A DNA stretch of 64,000 nt from Sphagnum compactum (lineage: Eukaryota): assembly GCA_965153455.1 (NCBI GenBank), contig OZ234493.1, positions 11,336,213 through 11,400,212 on the forward strand. Reading direction: 5' to 3'. The notes under the pieces are model-generated. The model made no database searches. It had not been told where the DNA came from and saw nothing but the letters and a program-made list of their open reading frames with translations. Position numbers and translations under genes: made by a program. Positions 44,059 to 59,966 of this stretch are shown in pieces (position 1 is the stretch's first letter; the number at the start of each line of letters is the position of its first letter).

Positions 44059-45163
44059 ATGGGTGAACATGATTTGCAAGTATCTCTGGACACGGTTCGT
44101 GACAAGAATGTGATGCAGCTGAAGAAGCTCAACTGTGCCATCTTCCCTGTCACATACCAAGATAAGTTTTACACTGACGCTCTCACCTCCGGAGACTTCA
44201 CTAAGCTTGGTAAATTATCCTCTCAATTCCAAAAGTTTTTTTTTTTTTTTTTTTTTGGGTCTTTCTGTTGGGTCTTCTCTTTTTGATGCCAATGGTGAAT
44301 GGTGGATTGCTTGAAACTCTCCAGCATACTACAGGGACATAGTTATGTGTCGGGGTCAATTGCTTGCTGACTGGAGATGACAGATGGGCTGCTGATTGTG
44401 AATGGTGGATTTGCTTGAAACTCTCCAGCATATTACAATGACATATGTGTCGGTTCGATTGCTTGCCGACTGGAGAAGAGGGATGGTGGTGGGGTGCAGC
44501 TCTATATCATGACTTTGGGTGTTCTTGCACCCTACCGGAGGCTTGGGATTGGTATGGCCAACCAATTCTCTTCTTGTCATCATCATCTCAGGACTATGAC
44601 TTTACACTCCCAAGTAGTATTTTGTTGGTTGAATATGAACACTATTGTACCCACAGGTTTGTGTTAGGATATTGTTGCAAATTTAGAGATTGTAGAAGTT
44701 CAATTTGTTCTTTCATATTCTTCTTGTAAGCTCATTCAGTTTTGTGGCATTTGGTAGAAAAAAATTTCATATAGTTTTTCCTTGTTAATGTCTGCTTCTT
44801 CTTAGTACAAGCTCCATTTTACATTTTTTTATATAGTGCTGAGGGTTTCAACGTGGTATGCATAGATATAGGTCGACCGCAACTAACTATACAATTTTAA
44901 TTTAACTCACCTTTTTATTCCTCATGTGTGGTTGTTGTGCAGGCACAAAGTTATTGAAGCATGTGTTAGATCTGTGTGAGCAGAACCAGAGCATTTCGGA
45001 TGTTTATTTACATGTCCAGATTAACAACAACGAGGCTATCGAGTTCTACCGAAAGTTTGGGTTTGACATTACTGACACGATTAGAAACTATTACAAGCGC
45101 ATCGACCCTCCTCACTGCCATGTCTTGTCTAAACATTTAGTGCCAGCAGGAAAGCCAAAGTGA
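44059..45163 (+). CDS. NAA50: N-alpha-acetyltransferase 50 (NatE catalytic subunit, GNAT), 3 exons, 164 aa
   Basis: Exons 44059-44209, 44429-44551 and 44943-45163 (495 nt): KNVMQLKKLN.AIFPV.Y, LYIMTLGVLAPYRRLGIG, YLHVQ.NN..AI.FY.KFGF and NYYKRIDPP. Confidence 0.95.
44295..44395 (+). repeat. Degenerate tandem duplicate of the NAA50 intron-1 acceptor and exon-2 start
   Basis: gtgaatggtggatt(t)gcttgaaactctccag|cata.tac..gacata...tgtgtcgg..tc.attgcttgc.gactggaga occurs twice, 104 nt apart. Confidence 0.9.
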
Positions 45164-45697
45164 CCTCATGATAACAACCAAAACAATATATTTTTCTCAC
45201 ATATATCTCCATGTTTTTTTGTGTGGATTTGTGTTTGTAGCTTTGACTAAAACTGCTCATGAGTTTTTTGGAGAGGGAGGGAGTAAACTACTGAAGGTGT
45301 GAATTTCATCCAAATAGTTGGAAGAGATAAACTTCATGATGTCTTGAACTGATGATAGTACTGCCCACTTTCTGCATTAAAAGTGCAAATTTTGAACAGA
45401 AACCCTTTTTCTTGACTTGTCTTTGGGTCCTAGTTTGACCCTCTACTATATGTTTCATCCCCATTTTGAGCGTAACCGGAAAGTGAGCGAAATTGGGTAT
45501 CATTTAATTAAACTGGGTTTCAGTTCAGAGGATTTGTAGGATTTTATTCTGACAAGGCTTCATTTAATGAAAAATGCGAGTGATGATGGTGAAGGCATTT
45601 GTGAAGCAAATCCAAAACTGGGAGAGACTCTTATGAAGACCAATTTTGGCTTGAACTTGGAACTGATGTGTGATGTCTGGAAGAATGTGATTCACAC

Positions 45698-45769
45698 ATT
45701 TGATCATTCTTCAAAAGAGAATCTAGCTTCTTAACTGATAGGTAGTTCTCTTTTGAAGAATGATCAAAT
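45698..45769. repeat. Perfect 24-bp inverted repeat (72-nt hairpin)
   Basis: atttgatcattcttcaaaagagaa (45698-45721) / ttctcttttgaagaatgatcaaat (45746-45769) with a 24-nt, partly pairable loop. Confidence 0.9.
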
Positions 45770-46762
45770 TCTTTGAAAGTTTTGCAAATTAGCCAGCAAA
45801 TCACCCCAACACAATTATCTATTCAAAAGGATATTTCTTAATCATGTATGTACATAGAGCTAGAAGGCTTAATTCTTGCAATCCTTTTAGTTGCAGATCC
45901 ATTCTGAAGTTTGTTTGGTATGTAGTACATCAGTCAGTACCTTTTACAGGGTAAGGATGCATTTTTCTATCACGGGGCATGGTGAGGATGCTGATGCTAC
46001 TGTCATGGTGTGCTTGCTGTGAGAGGGAATGATGGGTCAGATCAGGTCTGTCTTGTACCTGCTCGATCAGATGTGCTGTGAAAGCCTCAGGCTTTTGGGA
46101 CTGATGGTGCTGCTTGGGACTAATGGTTCTTCTGTTTGTTTGACACAATTTTTTCTCTGGCTGTAGAATATTTATCTGCAGTTATGTGGAGCCCCCACTT
46201 CAGAGCTCTCAAAGAGTAACCCAATTTGACTTCTGGCCAAGTTAGTCCCTAGGGGTATGTCTCTTGATGCCTCCTATCACCTCGCAGAAAGAGAGAAAAT
46301 GAAATTTACAGAGATGATTCCAATCCAAAATTTTCTCAGCTATGTCTCTTTTTGCACATTAATTTCAGATGGTTAAAAGCTCTTTGGAGAATACAATGTG
46401 GCATTTTCTCACAAGAGGCAAAAGAGGTATGACCACATCCTAGAGTGCAACCCTGAAAATACTCTTCACAAGTTAGAAGAGAGTCTTCTTACTCTCTACA
46501 ACATTGATACTCAACATTTGCCCAGTCTTTTATGGATATTTCTTGGCATCCACCAACATGAATGGTACAATCCTTTCAAATGTGCACAAGCTGAGGAGAC
46601 TTTCAAAACTGTAAAATCCCAAATTGTCTTTAGTCTACTAACAGACTTAGTGAGGCCACTGCACTGCGTAGATACTCTGGCTGCAATCCTCAATGTGCAC
46701 AGTGGGTTCATTCTGCTATACTAAAATTTGACTCTAGAACTCATCTCTTTTCCTACATAAAT

Positions 46763-50669
<3,907 letters not shown>

Positions 50670-53600
50670 CTCCTGTTCTCGTCGTCGTCGTCCTCTTCCC
50701 GTGCTCCTTCTCTGTTCCCAGAATTTCACAACACCAACAACACAATATCACCCACCAAAAAAAGTGAAAAAAAAAAAAAAACAAAAAAGTTGCCGAATTT
50801 TTTTTTAATACAAAAACTTCAATCTCTTCTTGCAATTCTCTTCCTCTTCATACCTTCTGCTGCTACTGCAACGACCACAAAGAAGAGATTGGAGCTGGCT
50901 AAGCTTCTTCCTCGGTCGCGCGGCGCTGCGCTGCGGTTCTCGACACTAGTGTTGTGTGACTGTGTACCTGCGACAACGGCGCTTCTGGACGCTTCGAAGG
51001 GGACCAACCCAATTAGGGTTTTTTTTTTTTTTTTTTTTTTTTTGGGATGCCCCTTTTAAATTCTTTTTTTTTCATTGGTACCTGATTGGTGGGGGTGGGA
51101 ACTTTTTGGGTGGCGGGCAGGAGGGGGGAACTAGGTTAGGGTAGTGTTGGACTATTGTGAGCCATCCAAAGTGTTGGGGATTTTTTATTTTTTCCTTGCC
51201 CCCCTCCCCCCCCTGCCCGTTCTTGAAAAATTTGGCAGCATGGGCAAGCCCTGGTGATGGGTAGCAATCTCTGGCCCATCACCGAACACCTATCTATCAC
51301 CGAACACTTTCCCATATTTCCCTCACCCATTCACCAAATTGAGCCATTTTTGTGTCATAAACCCAGAAAATAAGTTAGAGATTTAAGATGAAAAATCATG
51401 TTTAAATCTCCTTCATATATGTATATATAAATTAATTAATTAATAAATTATTTTTTATTTTTTATTTTCTAAAAAAGGTCCCAAAAATTTAGTGATTTTT
51501 CTTAAAACCTTTTTTATAAAAATTAAAGTTGTTTATTTTTCCTACTCTTTTTCCTTCTTCATTAATTGGTTATAATTGGTTATAATTGCTCTTTTTTTTC
51601 ATCAAATTCTATTTTTTCCTTAGAGAGATTCCTTCTTATTGGATTTTTCTCTTTTCTCTCCATTTTACAAAACCTAATTAAATTTTTATTAGGCTTTCCT
51701 TTCTTTCTTCTTTAAAATATGTTTGAAACTACTAAAATTACTTATGTTTGAAACTATCAAATAATTACTTATTTAGTTGTATAATTTACATTTTTAGTTC
51801 ACTTACCCTCCTATTTTTCGACCTACTTGCTTACCTTGTTTATGATCACAAGCTTTCAGTTCTTTTTATTCATTTAAAATATGATTGCTTATTGAGAATA
51901 AAATTATTTTCAATTTTTTTAACTATCAAATGTAGAATGCTACAATTGCATGTACACATTAAGTTTATTAGTTTTATTTTTCTAAAATATCAATACGTAA
52001 AAAAATTATTTATTAATTCATTTTTTTGTGGTCACATGTAAGAATTTTAAAAATTTATCTTAAGTGTTTACAATCTCATTTATAAATGTTACTTTTGTAT
52101 GTAGAGAGAACATTTAGTAACTCATTTGATTTATGATTGCATTAAAGAAAGTTAGAAATATAAAAAATGAATTTATGATTAGAATTTTATGGTTGCGTGT
52201 TAATTTTGGGGGGGGGGGGGAGGGGGGGGTTTATTTTCAAGCTTTTCTCACTTTTGGTTGTGTGTATGTGGGTTAGTGTTGCATGTTAAGTTACGTTTCT
52301 TTTGTAAAAGCTTTGTAATTCATTTAATTTATGGTTACATATTAAAGCTTATTTTAAATTTATATAATGTTTATTATCACTTTTATTTTGGAATTTTTTT
52401 TCCTTTCTTTATTTCTATGAATTTAGTGTGCATATTGATTCTCATAGAAACTCATTGTACATCTTCACAAATGAGGATTCATGAATGGTCAAGGGTGTTA
52501 TGTTTTATTTTTAAAAAAAGAAAATAACAAAAGGAGGGAAATTTTTTTTAACTACAAAAATTGAGCACATTTTCACACATATGTCAATTCCACCTATGCT
52601 CAAACTATGCAATGACATATAGGGGACTTTGATACATAACATTGAAAATTGATGATTCACAATTACAAATATGACAAACAAGTTATATTGCATTTTGTAA
52701 CATTTGTGCTTGAAAACTTTCCATTAGCATAGTGTGGGTGTTTCCTAAGGCATTTGTGTCTTTGGTGTCATAAGTGATCCAACTAGAGGTCATTCACATT
52801 TTCTTTTATTTCATTTCCTTTGAGGTAAAGAATGTCATTCTTTGGAATTTACTTTCATTCCATTCGAAGAAATAATTACACATTTGGATAACTTCTACTC
52901 AAATTCTTTTCGTAAACGTAAATAGTTTGAAAGGGCATTGTGATTGAAGGTTTATTGGTGAGCATGAATGACTTGGATAAAAAGATATATCAACACCATT
53001 TATTTTGATTGGCTTTTGCCTTTCAAGGTAGAGACTAGAGACATGGTAATGCATCTAGAAATGAGCCAAAGTTTGGTATCTTACATTCTAAGGTCATGTG
53101 GGACTTCACTATCTAAACATTTTAAGCGCGCTCAAGGATTCACTTGGGCTTCACCATGCTAACTATCATGTGTTTCCAATATAGTATGTTGAATATTCAT
53201 CATCCTTATGGATGTTATTTAACGGGTAAAGCAATTATGTGATGAGCCACTTGTTATTTGGATGGGAAGACCGACAACGACTGCATAAACAATAATGGTG
53301 CAAGTAATTGTGGGTTGAATGGAGTTCAAGAAATGGTAACTATTTGTAACCTTTGGAAATGAAGATCTTAGATACATTGTACACACAATAGAGTTATCTG
53401 TATAATGTCCCATCAGTAGGGGGGCGACAACGGCCAGTTCCAGCATAATAAGGCATCGAAACTGGGAAAGAAAATTTTACAAAGCGAAACAACTGGGACC
53501 CAAACTAGTTTTTCCCAACAAATTTGGTGATAAACTGAGTTTCATCATGTCTATCCCTTTTACCTGAGCGCCTCCACTGCTGCAACATATGTTTTCACTT

Positions 53601-54457
53601 CTCCTACCTGTATACAACTACTATAATTACTCTCGAACCTTGTGCATTAAATGACTCTCATGAACCTTGTGCACCCTGAGTTTACAGAATACCTCTAACA
53701 AGTCCAAGGTTTTAAAAAAAATGCAAAAACTAAACTTTGTTTTACAAGCTGTGACAATTCAATTTTGGGCAAACCTTGTGAGATATAGTTGTGATGATGT
53801 TAGATAGTGAACTAACATGTCGGTGGTTGCTAACGGAATCGAAAGAATTAGCTCCTCACCACCTCCAGAAAGGAAAAAAATGGTGGGCCTCTTAGTTGCA
53901 TGTTGCTTTGTCTAGCTCCCTTGTCTTTTTGGTTGGTAGAATTCCTTTTCCTTTTATGAACTATCTATGCTTCTTGTCAATTTTTTCTTTCACTAACCCC
54001 CTCACACCTCAAGGCAAAACACTAAATAATAACAACGAATTAAATACGACGTGATCCATTAACATAGGTACCCTTATTATTTAGGCAAGTTGTTAATTTT
54101 AGTTGATTTCAATGGTTTGGTAAATTCAAAACCTAAAAACCAAATCGAGCTCCAAATTTTCAAGGAAATCTTTGGAACCAAAGGGTTTTATAAATTTTTT
54201 TAAAAAAATTCTCAAAATCACATTGAAGGTTCTATCTGAGGAGGGTTTTTACGTTTATGGAGTACCTTGGGATTTTCTTTTTTCTAAAAAAAAAGAAAAA
54301 GAAAAAGAACTGTCTTGGTTCCAATTCCAATTCCACCCGTAATCGGAACCCAAAATGCAGTTCCACGTCCAATTCTTCAAAAAATAAAAAATAAAAAAAA
54401 TACTGATGATTCCGATTTTGAAATTTAGACTTAGTTTTGGTCTGGTTGGTACTACCG

Positions 54458-54654
54458 TAGCACCTTGGCCATTTCAACACATGTTTGTCAAATAATTAAA
54501 TAATTTTGAAAAATTCATTTCAACAAATGAAATATTCCTAAATATTCACTATTATCATGCACAACTTTTTTTGATTTGGAAAAAATATATAATTTAAAAT
54601 AATTTCAACAATTCTGAAAATAATAAAATTAGTGTCGAATTGGCCAAGGTACTA
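54458..54654. mobile_element. Small MITE-like element (~197 bp)
   Basis: 23-bp imperfect TIRs tagcaccttggccatttcaacac / gtgtcgaattggccaaggtacta (3 mismatches) around an AT-rich core. Confidence 0.65.
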
Positions 54655-54819
54655 GGATAATCTAGACCAGAGCTGTCAATTTAACTGCCAATTAACCTCA
54701 GGTTTAGTCGCCCTGTCCCCCACCCTTGCTTTTTTTTTTTCTTTTTTTTTCCAAAAACGTGTATTTCAGTTCCAATTCCGTGTTCCACACATAGACAAGG
54801 GGGGTGTGTCACACACTAT

Positions 54820-55138
54820 GGCCTTGCCATTTACATTAAAAAGTATCAAAAGGCGAAAGAAGAAATTAAATTATGGAAACTCAAATATTTCACTAAATAT
54901 ACAAAAATATGATCTTCCAAAAAATCCTCTTAAAAAAGAAACCCAAATCCTTCAAGATATATTATAATTCTATAACTAATAATAATCTCAAGTTTCAACA
55001 CGAGCCAAAATATCATCTTTCAAAAATCCTCATATAAAATAAATAGACCTATTATTATTATTATTACCTAGGGGCCAAAATCCCTTAAGCTACTAATACT
55101 CTATAATGAATCTTAACACAATATCCCTTGCCTATGGT
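54820..55138 (+). mobile_element. Second copy of the dispersed repeat at 19772-20138
   Basis: Colinear similarity to 19772-20125. Confidence 0.75.
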
Positions 55139-55411
55139 GTTAACCACGGTGGTAACCATTTTTGTAAGAAATAGGTTTCATATTTTTTTTTTTTGGTTTA
55201 TTTTCTTCCCATTCTTGGTGGGCAGAAAGCTGCAGCGTCAGAGACTCAGTAGAGGGGTGGTGTGCAGCCTGCAACCACGGAGCTTCCAAGGCGTCGATTA
55301 GCATGGACGACCGAACGAATGGACAGAGGGACGACGGGACGGATGGACGACGAGATGAATTCAGGGAAAGCTTCATTTTTCATCCCAACGTCCTTTACTA
55401 TACGTAATATA

Positions 55412-55442
55412 CTAGTTTGAGCCTCGTGCATAATGCATAGGT
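55412..55442 (-). mobile_element. Helitron-like 3' terminus
   Basis: The minus strand reads acctatgcattatgcacgaggctcaaaCTAG|T, an imperfect palindrome a short distance before CTAG followed by T, as in canonical Helitron 3' ends. Confidence 0.5.
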
Positions 55443-55569
55443 GTGTGTATGGTTAGCCGAGTGCTTAGAGGGGGTTCCAAAAGTTTTATACTTTTCTCTC
55501 TGACCTGTAACCAAATGTGGCTAAAGTCCTCTTGTGGATGACTCGCAAGTCCACTTACCTCACAAAATT

Positions 55570-56050
55570 GAAATTAACCACAGGTTATTGGTAAAGTCAG
55601 GCAATTAGGGGGCAAGAACAGCCACTTTTGGAATGTGTAACAGGGAATGAAATTTTACAAAACCAAATAATTGTGTTCAGAGAGTTCAAGCCACCACTAT
55701 CTTGTGTTGGGTAGCAGGAGAGGCTTCTTCTAGGCTTGGTGTCTTTCAATCTGGCAGAAAATTTATTCATACTTGCGAGTTCACTAAATCTTGCCTTTCT
55801 GAATTCTGAGGGCATTCTTACTGTTTTCATGGCTGCCTGTTTAGGTTATGGATTTCAGATGTTACAACTTGGCAGATGGGCATGTTCGGACCAATGATCT
55901 GATTAAGAGCTTCTTGGATTGGTGGTACAGATTCATGAGCTCCTGGAATTTGTATTTGAAGATTTGAATGTAGAAATGGGTTTGCGTTTCTCCAGTAGTT
56001 TGCTTTGCAAGGGCTAATCCTGTGCAGTGATTGCAGAAAATATTCTCTCA
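55570..56050 (-). pseudogene. Heavily decayed plant LRR-like fragment
   Basis: Scattered LxxLxLxxNxFxGxIP-like pieces across frames: LQSL, LNQIIGP, MPSEF, NKFSA.L and GLNSL. Confidence 0.35.
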
Positions 56051-56983
56051 AGTATATAGTCTTTCAATGTTGTGAGATGCAACTTCTCAAATTCATGCTT
56101 CAAAATTCTACAGTTTGTTCTCTCTCTTTTCCCCCATAAATGGAAACACTACAATCTTCACTTTCACCTTAGATGTGTAAGGTATGTCATGTCATCTGAT
56201 TTGAATCACTTTTGAATCACAAAAGTTGGGCAGCCTTCAGAGTCATAAGGTAACAATGCAAAGCATGCACAACCCCAATGCAATGCAACAATCATACTTT
56301 AACATTATAGACTTGATGAACAAATACAGATAAATCGGGATCCAGTAGACACTTAATGTGGTTCCCTTCCTTTTTGCACAGAGTTACAGCTTTGCTCTAC
56401 CACTAAAACAGCTCGTTTGCTTCTATAGGTCCAAGATACATTGAGAAAGAAATGGACTGATATGTGATTGATCAATATGTGAATGTATTTCACTCTTACC
56501 CCAATTGTTCCACTGACTCAGATGCAGGGATTCTGTTTATCTCATCCTGTTCTGCAAGTTCAGTTGTTTTCACGTTTTGACCTTCCTCAGCATGTTGGAT
56601 CTTGTATGCTGCAAGCTCCTTCTTCTGGTTGATTGCAGTGTCATACACTTGCTTGAGGTGTGGTTGATTCGAAATCCAAGTGTGGCGATGGGATCCGTGG
56701 ATTGCAGGAGATGGGTATCTACAAAAACACAGCAGGATCAACCTGGATTTCTCCAAGCACTCGGATTCGAGAGAAGAAGAAGAAGCACAGCCACCACCAC
56801 TCCTTCCATCTCTCTTCACTTGGCTGGCTGTGAGATCCACCAAACCACAACTGCTGCTCCATTCCCTTCAAGAGCGCGCCTGCTCTTTTGCTACACCCAC
56901 GCCTTTTCAAGTTTTGACTTGGAGAAGAGTTTAGAAGTTGTGGAAGCATGTGGACCCAGTGATCTGCAACCGAGCCTAGGGCG

Positions 56984-57097
56984 CTAGCCACAAAGATCAG
57001 CAACAATGTTCAGCCGATCTTGGCCCCATAAAATGGCAACAGATTTGCCTTCAGGATCAAGAACTTGAAATGTTGGTGCTCCAATGCCACCAAGTTC
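56984..57097 (-). pseudogene. DsbA-like HCCA isomerase / GST-kappa C-terminal fragment
   Basis: ELGGIGAPTFQVLDPEGKSVAILWGQDRLNIVADLCG* matches the family motif GxxGxPTF...WGQDRL. A possible upstream part (FIS*VYIAAFEE) lies at ~57665-57715, on the far side of the AVT6-like insert. Confidence 0.6.
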
Positions 57098-57286
57098 CTG
57101 CACCTGCCATCCCTCCCAAATCAGTTCCAGGCACCATTATTTTAGACTCAATGCCCAAATAAAATGCCAGACTCTAGGACCTCTTCATATGGTTCCATTT
57201 CTTTGTGAGTGAATCTGCTGGTTCTGGATGAGGATAATTGCATAGCCTGCTTTCTGACAGATGCAGCAATCTGATAAAGAAATCTC

Positions 57287-57637
57287 ATGGCAGCAGGTGT
57301 CTCTTTGATTGAAATTTCTGAGAATATGCACAAAGTGCCAGTTGATGAACTTCCTCTGCTCCTTCAAAGCCCTCATTTAACAGGCACAGATGATGAAGAG
57401 AGACTGGTTAAACAGGAGAAGCTTGAACAGCTGCCGGATACTACAGGCGCCAGTGTTGGAAGTTCAGTGTTCAATCTGGCAACCACTGTCATTGGGGCAG
57501 GGATTATGGCACTTCCGGCCACCATGCGCGTTTTGGGTGTGCCGATCGGCCTCCTCACCATGCTGCTTATGGGTGTTCTTTCAGAGATTAGCATTGAAAT
57601 GATTGTCCACTTCTTAGATCTTATGGAGGTTAAATAA
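57287..57637 (+). pseudogene. AVT6-like amino-acid transporter N-terminal fragment
   Basis: GASVGSSVFNLATTVIGAGIMALPATMRVLG is the AVT6/Aa_trans N-terminus. It is truncated after about two TM helices, preceded by an intron-type acceptor (tttctgacag, 57251-57260) and bracketed by a 39-bp direct repeat. Confidence 0.85.
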
Positions 57638-57876
57638 AATGCCAGACTCTAGGACCTCTTCATATGGTTCTTCAAAGGCAGCAATGTAGACTTATGAGAT
57701 GAAACCTGCTCAAAACAGTTGGATTCCAGCCTTGAGATGCTTTGCACCAGACAGTGCCTAACTATCCACATACTACACTACAGAGGTACTAATAATAAAA
57801 AAACAATATTTGCATTAAGGAAAGTAGAAGATTTTACCTGGCCAGAAAATTTTGCAACTGCTGTACTCATACATAC

Positions 57877-57978
57877 ACTGATCTTTGAAATTGAAACTGG
57901 ATCCAAGAAACCTTTGATGGTGCTCCACAACATTCTAAAGCCTAGACCTGCATTAATGGTGAACATCTTATGCCATGT
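57877..57978 (-). pseudogene. Isolated SEC14/CRAL-TRIO exon
   Basis: TWHKMFTINAGLGFRMLWSTIKGFLDPVSISKIS matches plant SFH/SEC14 TLxRMFIINAGxGFRMLWxTVKxFLDPKTxxKI. The GT donor is retained and the acceptor reads CAA; no neighbouring SEC14 exons were found. Confidence 0.8.
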
Positions 57979-58366
57979 TTGCATCATCAAAACCACACAC
58001 CTGCTAATCAGTTTCAAGCATGCACACAGCTTTGGGTCAGGAAGATGTGCTAATCTCTGACTTGTGCATGCGTCCAAATACAATTGTGACATAGCACACA
58101 GCCATCAAATATCACCCCAGGTCCTCGATGATTATATAAATTGAATAATAACATCAGCAGCAGCAGGGCGGCGGGACCCCAACCCCCTTCTCCCCGCTTT
58201 GCTTCACTTCAGAAGGCAGCGCGGACGGATCGAACGCAGACCAAATTCCGAAAAACAGAAAATGACGGAGAGCGGCCGTGTGGATGCGAGAGCGTGGAAT
58301 CCGTCTGTCAAGGAGGGATGGGAGGAGGCGGCCTGAAATTTTTTTAAAAAAATTCTTGGCCGGCAG

Positions 58367-59186
58367 TGACGCGCTCCTTCGTCCCGGGGTGAACCCACTT
58401 GAGGGTTCACCAATGTGAAGTTGCGGAAAGTTGGGACCGAAGGGCACGCTCCCGGCTTCCAACTCTAGAAAGGGGTAGAGGGTCGAGTTGGGAGCCCAGG
58501 GATCAGACTAGGAAGAGGGACTAGCTTAGCTTGTGTGAATCTGCATCCAAAAACCAACCACGGGAGGTTAGTTTAGCATTCGGGAGACCTTTGGGTGTTG
58601 GGACAAGCCATGGGCACTTGGACACACAAGACTCACCACGGCCCGGACTCGGGGGAAGCCACCACCTTCCCCCTTATAGTTATCTCTGCAACTCGCCACG
58701 GAGGCTACATCCAAATGGCACATTTTGTTGGGACTCCCGAAATGGAGTCCCGAAACTGTCCCGGCGGGACTCCCGGAACTTTGAGCTGCCATAACTCCCG
58801 ACTCCAGAGTTTGATTGTGACGAGGTCTCAACCAAAGTTGTAGGCCTCGTCGAGATCTTTCCAACGCCATGTCGCACTCCCTCAGGCGACGTCGGGAAAG
58901 GGTCGATTCTCGACTTTTAGTGGTCGGGAGTCAAACTGCCAATTTGACTCCAGGCCCTTCTTTTGCCCATAACTTGGGCTGCAGATCTCCAAATGACCAA
59001 TGCAAGGCCATTTTCGTTATCTACGTTTCAAAACCTTTCCAATGACACCAAGAACACCCCAAGGCGAGGTGTTTTAGGCCTTGTTGTCGAGCTCTGAACA
59101 TTCGGGAGTCCCGGAGGACTCCAAACCTCCAACTTTTCCAAGTGTTGGGCTTTACCCCCACACTTGGGCGAAGTGGGGTTGCGACA
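58367..59186 (-). repeat. 3' LTR (820 bp)
   Basis: The minus strand reads TGTCGCAAC...GCGCGTCA, immediately preceded by the polypurine tract TGGGGGAGAG. Confidence 0.92.
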
Positions 59187-59966
59187 CTCTCCCCCACTAG
59201 AAGAAAGAGGTCAATGTCCTCATTGACACTTAGAATTTTCCTTCATACAATTGCAATTGCTTTCTTTTGGATCCTTGGCCATTTTGCCAACTTTGTGGCT
59301 AGACCTTGTCTCAAGCTAACTTAGGCGTCCCCAAGTTTCCAACACTTTCTTGACGAGTCTAAGAGGGTCTTGTAGAAAACCTTCTTCCTTTGCTTCGTCA
59401 AAAGACTAAACTAGCCTAATTGACGAAGCCCTCATTTGGGAGGAACTTTTTTTCCATCCTTCCCCTCATGAGGACTTAAGTCAAGTCTACTCTTGACCTA
59501 AGTTACTTGACATGACTCCTTTCCCTATCTCGCGCCTTGGTCACAACAACCAAGTCTTAACTAAAACATTTGCTTATCAAGGCACGAGAAAGAACACCTA
59601 GGTTTGCCAAACCCAAGTCCCAAACTACACTTAGAGTATGTGAGCGGGGTCATGACTTCCCGCGTTGGCCACACTACCAACCAACCCTTCGGGATGCACT
59701 TAAGGCATGTGCATGTCCCCGCAAGCTCACCTTGCTTACCTCTTCCCTTGGGGCCAAGTTTCCTCAACCCCAAAGTAAGAGTCCGATTTTGATTTGGGCC
59801 TACGCAAGAAAGTTCCATTTGTCCATGCCACAACCCTATTTGCCTTAACAAATTTTTCATGATACAATCTCTTGGAAGTTTTAAAGCCCTTTTTATTTCA
59901 CTTGCAACTTGATGTGGTACATTTTATATGAAACTCCGCCCCACTAAAAGAAAGGTGATGTCCTCA

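Noticed and set aside
56496..56660. HMG-box-like tail (KQVYDTAINQKKELAAYK) as another captured fragment
   Set aside because: Too short and ambiguous to assign without a search.
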